Assembly: GCA_964187785.1 (NCBI GenBank)
Contig: OZ076411.1
Location: 54,870,001-54,934,000, forward strand
Direction: 5' to 3'
DNA length: 64,000 nt
Origin: Amphiscolops sp. MND2022
Lineage: Eukaryota
This document shows positions 12,473 to 25,001 of the stretch, one piece after another (the stretch's first letter is position 1; each line of letters begins with the position of its first letter). The notes under the pieces are model-generated. The model searched no databases, was not told the origin of the DNA, and saw only the letters and a program-made list of their open reading frames with translations. Position numbers and translations under genes: made by a program.

Positions 12473-13777
12473 CAGGGATGTTCAACAATTAATTGCAATT
12501 AATTGGTCTGAAGAAAAAACTACCAATGAATCATTGCAAAAAATCGACTTTTCCAATGAATAATTGCAATTATTGCAATGATTGGGAAAACAAAAAATCA
12601 GCAGAAAAATCAAATCAATTTTCCTTGTTTAAAACCTTAGAAACTGTATGTTCCACAATTAAGAATTAGCTTTCAGAAAAAGCTGTTGCTCCAAATGTTC
12701 AGGCGTCAAACGCTGTCTCAAATTGGTCAAAGCCAAGCCAGCAACGCTGAAAAATCTCTCCAGCAGATTAGATGTCGGCAGTAAAAAGTGCAAATCAAAA
12801 TAATCCGACGATGTCATTTTAGCTCTTTTTGAGTATCATCGAAGCAAAATCGTCATCATCAGAGTGAGTCTCAATCTCGAGCTCGCTTTCAATTTTTTTT
12901 CAGCCTTGCACAAGCTATCTTTTCACACATAACTAAATCATTCTCCCGTTGTTCCAGTATTTTTACAACACCTGATTCGAAATGTCTGCTTTTGATGACA
13001 CGCGCATTAGAACCAAGGTATTTGTTCTTATCTATATTTTTGAATTTTCGACAGGTTTCATCAAAGAGCGCACGAACAGATGACAAGTCATTATTTTCTC
13101 GCTGCAAGGCTTTCGTCACAGATCGAAGCACGATCATGTCTTTCACAAGCTCGTCGATTGCCGCATTTTCAACGGGTGACATCAAATACAAAAGGATGTT
13201 ATCGTCGCTGAAATGTTCAACCAAAACTGGCTTAAATTCAATATACCGGTTCAACAAGTGCGTATGCTGTCTAAGTTTGGCTGAAAGCTTGAGAGTCCGC
13301 AACTTTATCATTGAAGTTTGTACTTTGTTAATATTAAATCGACAAAACTAAACGGCATCAAGTCATTGCAAACCCAATCTAGCCAAGCGAAAACGTTTTG
13401 CGCCTTCTTGTTTATAAGGCCAAGTGATGGATCCGATAAAGTAGACTGTCCATTCTCTGGATTTTCTTCAAATTGTTTAGATGCATCTGGGTGTTGAGAT
13501 ATGATATGCATACGCAAGTTGGTCCACCCAGAACCCTCCTCTCTCCAATATTTTCCCGCATTGACATTTCCACAAGCCCTTCCCATCTGTATTCGGCATT
13601 TTCTGGAAAAATTTGAGGCAAACTTCCTCAGTTATTCGTTTTGACATGACGACCTGAAGAATTGGCAATAATTGGTAACCTGCCAATGATTATTGCTGAA
13701 AATAATTTTTACCAATCAATCATTGTTACCCAATTATTGCAATCATTGCATTTTCAATTATTGATTGAACATCCCTG
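12473..13777 (-). mobile_element. Internally deleted hAT DNA transposon with BED finger
   Basis: 13-bp TIR CAGGGATGTTCAA/TTGAACATCCCTG; 8-bp TSD tgtatcgg/tgtattgg; transposase remnants WKCQCGK...GWTNLRMHIISQH (BED) and LRSVTKALQ...FESGVVKI. Confidence 0.92.
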
Positions 13778-13861
13778 TGTATTGGTATAAATAAAATAGT
13801 CAAGATAGGGCGACAGTAATACCGACGGAGCGGGGTTATTATTATTATTAATATTATTATT

Positions 13862-16010
13862 ATTAGGGCTTCGTTTAAATGCCACAGAGAGAAACTCCCG
13901 TAGTTAAATCAAGGGGTTGGCACGACATGGTTCACATAGGCACACAAAAATCCTAGTGAACGGATTGTTGTCTGCCCAAAAATATTCAAGATACTTCCAC
14001 ATTAAAGTAAGCAGTCTCTTGTTCAGGTTCAGTTGGTTGAAAAAGTCAAGGTGCTTCTGTATTATATTGATTCTGAATCCAGTTCTGTACCAGAAGTTTT
14101 GACGTTGTGCTTCGTAAACGGTAGTCGGTAATATGATTCTCGTCTGTCTTCCTTCACGCTTGATTTCATAGTGCTCGGTAAGGTCAACTGTATAGAAGTC
14201 GTTAATGATGTTACTGTACAACAAGAAGTCTTAGAGAACCTTGTGATGAAGTGGTGGCAATGAGATCGTCGAAATTAGCGAGTCAATTAGCGAGCCTTTC
14301 TCAGTTCCCAGCATTCAGAACCAAACAACATTATCGGAATTATGATAGCTCTGTAAAGGTGTACCTTTGCCGTTATGGGAGTGATTGATGGGTGTTTCTC
14401 TTCAGAAGAAATGAACATTTAATGGCTTTTGAGATACGATACTCCACGTGTTCTTTCCAGCTTAGTTTTTCATTGATGATGAGTCCTATGTCCTTGGAGG
14501 ACGTTTTTTGCTCCATGATTTCATTTTTCTGTAGTAATGCAACGTTTGTTTATCTCTTGTTTTTCCAGGCACGAATTCGATCACGGAGCACTTCTTGGCA
14601 TTAAACAGGAAACAATTTTGGGTAGTCCAGGAGAGTAAATTATCAATGTCACTTTGCAGGCGTTTCAATTGCTCTGGACTACCACTATATAACTTCAAGT
14701 CATCCGCAAACAGTAGTGCCACTGGAAAAAACAACACTTGGTAGGTCGTTTATGTATATCAAGAAAAAGAGGTCCCAGAACTGAACCTTGAGGCACGCCC
14801 GAGGTGATGGACATCTTGTCTGAAAAACTGTTGATCTTTACCCTTTGAGTTGTGCCGGTTAGGTAGTCTCGGAGCTAGTGAGAAAATTTCTCAGAAACAC
14901 GGAGTTGTATCAACTCCTTGAGTACAATATCGTGCTTGATCTTATCAAATGCTTTCGAGAAGTCGAAGAGTGCTAGCAAGTTTACGTGGCCGGCAGTGTT
15001 CAAATTTCCATAAATTTTTGAGAGACTTGTAATTAGCTGAAGGACAACAGATTTCCTTGGGAGAAAACCGTACTGGAATTCGCTAACGAAGGTCAACGCA
15101 GGTACAATTGACCGAAACAAGATTTTTTAAAAATATTTTTGAAACTATGCTCAGAAGTGTCACAGGACGATAGTTTTTAACATTTACTCGTTCATTTTTG
15201 TGGATTCGCGAAACAATTCCTTCTTACCATTTAGTCGAAAACTTAGTCTTTTTATGTTCGAGTACAAGAGTTTCAGCGACCGCGTTATCTCTATTCTCGT
15301 CTCTTGTAGATCTTAGCTGATTTCAAGTTCATCGATATAGAAGGTTATGTCCCCAAACTCCATTTGCTTAATCAGGATCTGTTACGATAGAGACAAAATA
15401 CATATTGAAAAGCTTTGCTTTGTTGTAATCGCTAGTTGCAACTTTTGTTATTTACAGTCCTCGAGGGAAAGTTTTCTTTTTGCAAGCTGTTCAGGTACTT
15501 GAAAATTCTTTGGCCTTTTTTTCAGCAAAAAGGTTCGTTTCGTAGTCCTTTCTTGTAGTTCCATGCATTTGTCTCCAGAAGGATTACTTTGCTCGAAATC
15601 TAAGATTTCTTTCGTTGACTTCGTCTGGCAGTTGATAGTTTATTCAGCACGTGTGATGTTTCATTAGTTGCCCATGGGGGGTTTCTGTCTTCTTTCCGTT
15701 TTGGAGTATATTTATCTACCATTGAATAAATCCAATGGTACCATAGATTTACATTAACATCATAAGCTTCAGAATTACTTAACGGAAATAGAAAACAACA
15801 CCACATAAACGAAGTACTATTCGAAATGGACCGTGCGCATCGAAACCAAAAAGGGCAATGATTCAAATATGTAGCCCGTTTCAAAGGTGGCGGACCAATC
15901 CATTTAAAAAATCTAATCTTAAAGTATATGCTCGTCTGTAAATGAAGTATCGCAACTATGTTCGTCATCGAATTATTGAGTGTGAGGGCCTGGTCTCCTC
16001 TTCGGTAATT
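13862..16010 (-). mobile_element. Decayed L2/CR1-type LINE
   Basis: RT motifs QYGFLPRKS, LFDFSKAFDKI, GVPQGS (~14790), FADDLKLY; a (TAA)n-like tail at ~13838-13864 marks the 3' end. Confidence 0.88.
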
Positions 16011-16319
16011 CAACTACTGTTTGAAATACGGCTGAGGTGCGAACAGTTGTGATGTGTGACATAGAAACGAATATTTTTTTCACAAATTACTAATCGTTAA
16101 TTTGCCTAAAAGGGGCAATGCCCTGGTACTGCTCGTTCGCAAGTGGACCCCTCTCATTAGAACAGTGATGACGTATTTTCACGTTTTTTCATCTTGACTT
16201 CTCATTTCAGTTCGCTTTTACCTCAAAACGTACTGTGTATTTCTGTTTATAACACTATTTCTATACTTCGTATGTGGCACCCGATCATATAAATGTCAGG
16301 AACATAACCCTTTAGTAAA

Positions 16320-16643
16320 TTGACATTTTTTCTCCAAAAAGCATCGGACAAGCATTCAACTGATTTAGTGTTTTCAATTTCGCCAAAGAATGTTACTTTT
16401 CAATCTAAACAATCGAACCCAGAAAGTATTGTCTAGCCTGCTTCAAATATGAAGTGGATAATATTCAATTTTTGGTCTCTTCTTGTTTTGTTGACTTCAT
16501 ACAATGATCATTTTTTTTCAAAAAAAACGATTTCGTCCAATATTATGAGCAAAACAGTGGTTAAATGAATCATCGCAATACTCTGTTGAATCAATTTTTA
16601 CAAATCGGATAAAATCAAACTTTTTCACAGTAACGATGCTCCT
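16320..16643. repeat. Dispersed repeat shared with 19350-19400 and 19862-19983
   Basis: tgacattttttctccaaaaagcatcggacaag and aaaaaacgatttc...ctttttcacagtaacgatgctcct each occur twice. Confidence 0.7.
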
Positions 16644-17029
16644 CTGATGTTCTGTATCCTGCCCCCTTTCCCTGTTTCTTCATTGATCATTTCTAAAACT
16701 TCGCTGGGGTTTCAGTCAACTTGCCGTCAGTGAGTCAGAAAAACCTCGGGACTGAGAGAAAGAGAAAGACTTAATTCTCTTTCGAGACCAAAAATTTAAC
16801 ACACGCTTCTGCTATATTTGCATATATTGCATGAACAACAAATCGAGAGATAACACACATAATCCATTTGAAAATTTTCAGTCAAAAATATTTGTGACGG
16901 AAAAGATAATTGACCATTTCGGGATATCTTATGAAAGCTTTCTGATGTGATAAGGTCGAGTATCCACAATTCAGGACACTGGTTACTCCGGTTCTCATTC
17001 TCAGATTTTTTCGCAAACTGTTGTACGTT

Positions 17030-19150
17030 GAACAATCATATAGCGCCCGTTGATTAAATTAGTCAGCATAACGGATGTCAAAAGCTCTATATTTTACAGA
17101 TCGGCAAAAATTGGTTTTTATGTTGAACTTCATAGCTCTGCTGATGGCCAAAAACCCAGCGGAAACAAGATTTTCTGGAAACGCTCCATTTCTTTCAATC
17201 TTTGATGACAGGAAACCAAGCCGCAACACCATTAATACGGATGGAGAGCACCACTGCCCGATAGGGGTTTAATTTTGTACGCGAAGGGGTATTTAAGGGG
17301 ATTCTTGACTTGAAACGCTCTTCCCGCTTTGTTGACTTGAATTTCAACATGACTGACCCATTCAAGATCTTTGTTGTCACATTCTCCAACGGTTCTGTAG
17401 ATCCTAAAAACAATCGGTTGACCTTCAATTGCCAAGCATTTGGTTTTATCCAGATGAGCAATCATTCCATTAGCGATATTCCAATCCAAAAGTCTTGATA
17501 AATCGTTTCGAAAATTCGGTGATATAGAAAGTGCTTTGAGATCATCAGCAAGTAACCATTTCGATTTTTACGTATTGGATGCGATCACCAATTTCGATGC
17601 TTCGAAGTAGATCAACAAGATCACTTTCCAAACCAAATCTAAAGAGCTCAGACAAAAGATTTAAATGAGAAACTTTGTCTAATGCTTCTTCATAATCTAG
17701 GTGAATAGGGAGTACTGGAGAAATATCAACTTGAGTACTGAGCTTTTTCGACTGAAACTCAAACTGCTGAGGATGAAACTGTATGTAATGTTTTGTACAG
17801 GAAAGTAAAAATTATTCCTTCGAAGGTTAGGGATACTTTTGGTAACAACCTAATGGGACGGTAGTTATTGATTATATTCCCCGGGCCTCTTTTGTGTACT
17901 GGACGAACATATGCCACGTTCCAAACGTCAGGATAGACACGTGTGAGCAATATAGAAGCAAATAAAGGATAGAAGAGGTTCGCGAAAACTTCCGGACATA
18001 ATTTCAATGATTTTGGCGGTAAGCAATCGGCTTTTGTAATTGAGGAATCTTTCATCTCTAAAATCAGCTTTCGTATTTTGACAGTCTTAACGAATTCAGT
18101 ATGTCAGCCAACCCAACAATTGTTTTTTTTTGAAAGATAAACATTGAAGGCATTTGCTATTTGCTTACCCCCAGAATAGGAATATAAATTGTTTCATGAC
18201 TGGGGTAGGATGTTGTTCAGGCTGTTCAGCAAACGAAAACAATCTGAGATAATTCGTTCGAGCCCCATCAATGAACAATAGACGATCCAGTTCAGCAGAG
18301 GTGTCAGTCATGCTGTAGAATTTCGACGTTTAATTTTTCAGTTGTCTTTTTCACCAGTTTTCTTTTTGCAGTGTTCAGTTTATTTAGGCAGTGGATTGTA
18401 TGGGAAGAGTAATAGAAAAGATTACCAGAGCGTTTTTTACGCTTTTTCGAGAAAGACGATGCAATATTTGTCGAAACAAAATTGTAGAATTCGTTTACAT
18501 TGACAGAAGGATTAGACATGAAAGCGAAATGAATCCAGTTCTAAAATTTTAGTACTTCATGAGGTTCAGATTTTGAAAAATCACAAGAAATTGATTTAGG
18601 GCAAAGATATTCATCAAGTTTCAAAATTTTGGGATAATGATCACTGAAAATATTTTTCCTTATTTGTAAAAAAAAGATAGGATAACTATGGTCAATACAT
18701 AGAATATCGTCGAGTGTATTTCCATCACGATGAATACTTTCATCAAGAATTTGAGGTCGTAAGCCCCAGTTGGAAATGAGCTGTAGATAATCATTTTCTC
18801 TGCTGTAATTACTATACATTAGATGCCAAAAGGCATTTGGAAGGTTAAAATCGAACAATGAGAGTAAACACTCAAGGAATACTTTTGTTCCCATGAACGA
18901 GTAGCTGCTTCCAGTATGGTTGCCATACACTCTACAGACACTTCGTACGGACTATGATATGGCAGATAAACAAGTATAATTAGAGCTATCGTTTTTTCAC
19001 TGAGGCGAAGAGCTATAGCAACAAAGTCGAAATCATCCAGGTTTGAATTTCATCAGCTAAAAAACTTCGAGTAGTGCGAGAAAGAATAGCTACACCACTA
19101 GAAGGACCCTTTACTTTTTCTGCTTTGAACAGGTTTGAAGCATCCAAAGA
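17030..19150 (-). mobile_element. Decayed L2/CR1-type LINE (endonuclease + RT remnants)
   Basis: APE remnants FDFNLPNAFW and TLDDIL...SDHYP; RT VWNVAYVRPVHKRG...NYRPIRLLPKVS and FDKVSH. Confidence 0.85.
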
Positions 19151-19404
19151 GAGTATATTGTGCATAATCCTTCCGAGTTTTAGTAAGGAATAGAAAATTT
19201 ATCACTTTGAAGTTTAATTTCGCGTCAAAATCACAGCAAAAATCATATTAACTTGATCTGTATTGCAAAACTTACCTTTAATGTGATATGTCTGCTCACA
19301 ATATGATTGAATTACTTTCTAATCAAAATTTTGGAGAAAGTAGAGTAATTTGACATTTTTTTCTCCAAAAAGCATCGGACAAGAGCTTAATTGATCATTT
19401 TCGG

Positions 19405-19860
19405 AAAAGATTTACTTTTCAACAACCTGAACAATCGAACCCAGCGAACTGAACCAAAAGGGATTTCCTATCTTTCCGCGTATCAAACCATACCGTGAGA
19501 AAGTAAAGAGTCCCCCCTCAGTATTTTTCGGCAATGAGACATTTTTCGAATACAAAAATTTTTCCCAAATAGGCCCCCTTTTTGATGTTTTGCGACAGAA
19601 TGGATGTTGAAAAATCCCAAAGTGTCCGCCTTCCAGTTTTTTCGGCATTGACTTCGGAATTTTCTTTTCAAATTTTTTCACCCTTCAATTTTTTGACGTT
19701 TTGCAACAAAGGATGTTAAAAAATGCGAAAGAATCCCTCTTTCAGTTCCGTCATTCGAGTTTTTCGTGAATTTGATACTTTGGGTTTTTTGACACTTTCA
19801 TGTCCTTTTGCTATTTTTTAGCCTTGGATATGGCGCCGACTTATGCCGTTCTCTGCTTTT
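19405..19860 (-). mobile_element. Copy of the ~450-bp dispersed repeat
   Basis: Reverse-complement similarity to 881-1250. Confidence 0.7.
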
Positions 19861-21456
19861 CAAAAAACGATTTCATCCAAAATTATGAGGACAATGGTTA
19901 AATAAATCATCTCAATACTCTGTTGAATCAATTCTCTTACAAATCAGATAAAATCAAACTTTTTCACAGTAACGATGCTCCTTGTTAATTTGATTGTCTA
20001 GTTTTTGAAACTGGCCAATTGAAATCAAGATTGATAAAGCACGCTGGTATTGGATAATGAGTTTGAATGTCGTTTTGCAAATTTTCAAGGTCCTACACGG
20101 TTTTGTAGCCTGCAGTCGAAGTAATACCCACATGTGTCTTTTATTTCTGAGATAGCAGAAATATTATTGAAATCTCAACATTCTTCGCACTAATTCAGTA
20201 TTTTGTTCGGCAGTGACTATAAGCGTGAGAATTAAATTTCTTAAGCTGTCGACGACATTTCAATTCTCGTGTGATGGAACGAGCGAGTGGTAATTATGCA
20301 TTCATACGCTGACGTCATTGAGATGAAGCGAGTGAATGTTCGTAATTATGCGTTAATAATTCGTTCGTTGAGAGCTTCGCCTGCATTCAAATGCGAATGC
20401 GAAACTTCGTCTACGCTTAGTTGTTATATTTTCTTTAGTCCGAGAAGAATCGAAGGCGGTGTAAACTTGGATTACGTACCGAATAACATAAAACAACATT
20501 ATTTTCAAATAACAAAGATGGAATAAGTTTCAATAACATGAAAAAAAAACAAATACCCGGTTAAACAATCGAACTCACGAAATTTTATTTGTAATTTTCA
20601 TACTTTTTCCAGTGAATCTTTTGAATTGTGAATGATTTTGACCAGGAAAACTTTCGTAACAATTTGATTTTTATGTTTCGTGAAACGCATTTCTTTGTTA
20701 TTTGAAACTAATTTTGTTGTTATTTGCTCTTATGCTATTTGGGAATTCACCGTAAACTTGTACAGTGATTGATTGTGCGTTAAAAAAATATTAAACAGGA
20801 GTGTATTGGAATTTCCAGATATGATTCTATTATTAATTAAAGATTAAAGCAGAAATAATAACGTGCCCGGAGGGGCCAATTTTTATAAAAAAAATGATCA
20901 TAACTGGATTCATAAATGATCAAACCTGAGTCATTGAAGCTCTTTGGTCCGTACAATATGATATCAGTTCACTGATGGCTTGTTGCTTTTCAGAGTTGGA
21001 TGCTTTGATTTGGTGCTAAGACGTAACTAGAAACATGTGAGTATTCCCAATAAATTTTATTTTTGAGCTTCTTGATTTTATGAACTTACTATCATGATTA
21101 CGACTTCAATTTTTTGGACGATGAACTCATTTCCCAATACGCAAAGTTTCAGTATCACCATTCAGAGGAAAAAACTCTTCGCCGCCAGAGGAAAAAACTC
21201 TCTTGCCAGAAACTGGCCGATTGAGCTGAATTTATCTCGTTTCGTATATTGTTCAATATGGTTGGCATCTGATGTTTTCTCGTCATTTTGTGGTCATTCT
21301 GGAATAAGCTATGGAAGTGTTTCTTGAATTTCGGGAGTATGTAGATTGTCTAAACATGTCGATGTTTCCGAAACAACCCAAGCGAATGAAACTTTCGGGA
21401 CCTTTTCTTGGACAAAATACCGGGCAGATGCTTCTCCAGTACATTGCTGGTCGCTG

Positions 21457-21804
21457 TTTTTAGTCGGCCCTTCATGAAGTGAAACGCGACTATTATAGTG
21501 ACTCTTTTATTTCAATCCACGCGAACTGACCAAAATAGTTCTATGAAAGTTCTACGAAATTTTATGGTCCCAAATTGAATCATTTGACCTAGCTAACTGA
21601 ACTAAATAGGTTTTTCCACGTAACATACAATACCGGACTAAAACGTCCCCCCTTTCAGTTTTTTTCGGCATTGTGAGACCCCCGGCGTGCCAATTCGGTC
21701 CAATTTTCAGAGGTTTCAAGGTACTGTAGAAGAGAATACTTTGACACTGAAGTCCTTTTGGTATTTTTGATATGGCGCCGACTTGGGCCGGTCCCGGCTT
21801 GTTT
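21457..21804 (-). mobile_element. Internally deleted copy of the ~450-bp dispersed repeat
   Basis: tttttagtcggcccttcatgaagtgaaacgcgactatt ... gggccggtcccggcttgttt; both ends present. Confidence 0.8.
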
Positions 21805-21884
21805 ATTGTAATATTGTATAATTGTTTATATAATATTGTAATAGCAAGTGCAGTTTCATTTTACTTATCCCCTCTGTGGAAAGA

Positions 21885-22030
21885 CAATGGAAGCTGCTTA
21901 AATGGGACACTCGTATAAGAAACAACGCTTGATTGGCACGCATATTTTGGTCCACTGGCCTACCTGGCCCGGTCAATTGTACTACTGAATACCCGGTCCT
22001 GGGGCGTCACATAATAAGCGGCTTCCACTG
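21885..22030. mobile_element. Tc1/pogo-type MITE
   Basis: caatggaagctgctta ... taagcggcttccactg|TA. Confidence 0.65.
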
Positions 22031-22535
22031 TATAAAAAATCCTATAACAATCATAATGTGAATTTTACTTCAATCTTTCTCCCTGCTCGCTTCAAATTCA
22101 ATCTTCATATGTGAATATTGGACTGTCATGACGAATATGCATGCTTGCTGTAATGCATGACAAATTCAAGCAGACATGCATTCTAAAGTGAACGTTCTGT
22201 TCTGTGACTTGTAAATATATACGTAGAAATTTACAAAATTGAGCCGTTGCTACTAGCAACGGTTGCTAAGTGATGCATATATTGAACACAGCCAACCGAG
22301 TATAAATTTTATGCCTTATACGTGGCTGATATTCACTGCTGTATGCCATATTCAACCATATAATTGAACGATCTAGCGAGGCTTAGTAGCAGCTTGCGTC
22401 TCGCTGAAATATCTACGTGCTAGCTACTGGCCAAGTGGTACTATAGAAGAAATCTGTTGGAACGAAAATTTACGTTCATTCTCTCAAGCGTTTTCGTTGA
22501 TTCTATCATTTCATTGCTACTGTGCAAATCCTTAC

Positions 22536-22787
22536 ACGTCGGTTGTGACGCTGTGTTAGCGGGATAGCTGTAGTAGTAGTAACTCCATCAGTTACATTTC
22601 CTTTCATTCTACGTTGCAGTCGCTTTCTTGCCTTAGCTCTGCCATACTTGTTCAAAACAGTGTTGAACATATTTTTCCATACTGGCTTATCAGTGTGAAT
22701 ATTCTCATTTTGCAACTCAGACGCTCGTTTCTTCTCACTCCCAGAACTGCGAGAACTGCCAACAGTTTCCCAGATCTTTGAAGCCAC
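22536..22787 (-). CDS. Possible orphan exon of an unidentified minus-strand gene
   Basis: Stop-free, protein-like stretch (HTDKPVWKNMFNTVLNKYGRAKARKRLQRR) ending at a gtaagg donor at 22535; acceptor uncertain and no partner exons established. Confidence 0.25.
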
Positions 22788-23078
22788 CGTGCGAAAAGTG
22801 AGTGTTCATTTTTGCTCAAGATCTATACATTCGAGCAACATTTTCGTTCGAAAAGTAGAGAATATATATTTAGAAGCCAAGTAATATTATATTGTCAAAA
22901 TTTCCAAAAGGCGCTTACGTTCGACATTGACTACTAAAAGATTTCTGCTGGCATCTTACCATATAATTGCCCTGCTTAGGTAGAATTTTCTAACGACCAA
23001 CAAGTTATGTTTAAGTAAGGCAGCTGTTATAAAATGAGTAAAGCCACTGAGTGAGTCTAGTCGCATCCTGTGAACACA

Positions 23079-23526
23079 TTTTAGTCAGCACTTTTCTTGA
23101 GAAAAGAGTCGTCTATAATCATGGCTTTTCGTCAGTGTTTTTTTTTTCGATACACCTGAAGTGACCAAAAATTCTACAAAATTTCAAGGTGTCGGCAAAA
23201 TGTACATGTTGGCCCAGGGAACTGAACCAAAAACGTTTTTCCTTTTTTCGCGTAACATACAATACCTGGCGAGACAAAGGTCCCACCTTTGAGTTGTGCG
23301 ACTTTTTTATCGGAAAAAAATTCCTCCCAAAGGGTCTCCCCTCCAATTTTTTTGATGATTTGCGACAGAATGAATGAAAAACCTAAAAGCGTCTCCCTGG
23401 CGCGCCATTTCGGTCCAACTTCTGGGTTTTTCAGGTGCTGTAGAAGAGAATACTTTGACACTTTGAATTCCTTTTGCTATTTTTGAGCCTTTGATATGGC
23501 GGCGACTTGGGCCAGTCCCGGCTTGT
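23079..23526 (-). mobile_element. Copy of the ~450-bp dispersed repeat
   Basis: Ends gacttgggccagtcccggcttgt; the ORFs at 23119-23486 are by-products of this repeat. Confidence 0.75.
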
Positions 23527-25001
23527 GATAAAAGGGATACCTCAATGAAGCTCTAGAAAGTTCACACGGAAATAATGGGATACCAATATACGTGCTGCCA
23601 TTGCATTTCTAAAACCTACTGTATTGATATACGTACGATACCAGTACTGAAATTTTTGAGCTCCAACGCTGAAATTTCTCGAAAATTTTATGTATTTCGA
23701 TTAGAAACGCCATCTAACCAGATTCTTCAATTTTTTCCACCATGAATATAGGTAAATTCAGGATACATAGCAACTAATCAATTGAGCTGGCTATTGGCGT
23801 TTTTTCCAGAAAGAAACTTTACCGGAGAAAGAGTTTCCTAGTGCTCGTCACCATGACTAAACGCACGCGATAACCATTGGGCCAAGCTAAAAATACCAGC
23901 ATGCTCCTCGCTGGTATAGGGGCAAGGGGGGACCGTGTTGAGAGCGCTCTTTCTGCAAAATTTTTGAATTTATTCCGACAGGTTGAAGTGTTTTTCGCAT
24001 ATTTTCAAGTCATTTTCATTGTTTTGAGCGAAGCTAGCGTAGGGGTTCCTTTGGTGCCTGCAAAAATCATTGTAACACCTGAAAGTTTTATCCATTTCGA
24101 AGAAATAAAGTCAATCGTTACCTTCAACTCATGATTTGATTTTTCGTCGCTTTCGAATATAAGAACCATGATCAAGTTGTGAAATGTAAATTTTATCTGG
24201 GAAACTTTCATTGAAACTCGTATGTTTTGTTTGTCAAATCAATAAAGTCATATTGCTATTATTATGCCATATTACAACTGAGACGATTCGAATCAAAAGA
24301 TTTTCAATCAACCCCATTTTTCTTTGGGCTCCTGTCAATTACAGCCTTTGAAAAATGATGCGCCCAGAGAAAACAACCCTCTCGTCAAACTGATTGCTGA
24401 AAAACCCGAAGATAATTGTTCAATAGAAAAAAAATTCGAGATAGAAAAAATAATTTAAGAACATATCGTTCTCCCCTTTTTGGGATTATGGGAAAGACTT
24501 CGCAACCCTCCGGTTCTTGTGACTTTTGTGACTTCGACACCCTCATTTGCAAAAATTTCATAGATCAGAACTGTCTTGAGAGAAAAAAATTTGACTTGAA
24601 AATCAAAAATTTTACTGTGAGAAATTTTGGGAGAATCTTGAACCGAATTTGTGAAAAAAAACATTGCCTGAAGTCATAACAGGAGAAAAAGGCTCTTTTC
24701 TGTTTTCCCCTCACCATCAAAATTTTTTGAAGGAAAACTACAAAAAAAATCAAACTGGTTGAATTCGAAGTTTTTTCCATAACAGGAAGGTAACTGTGGA
24801 AAAATTCCATAACAGGAAGGTAATGTGGAAAATTACCTGTTTTTAATGACTCTAAAACAGAAAGCGGTTGAGTTTTCAACAAGAAAGCGTGACTTCATGA
24901 GGAAAAATGCGTGGACAGAGTTTTTCTCGAAATTTTTCTCAAAAAAAACAGCTGGTAGGGGGAAAACAGAAGAACCGAGAAAAATTGTCGGCTATTTCCA
25001 A

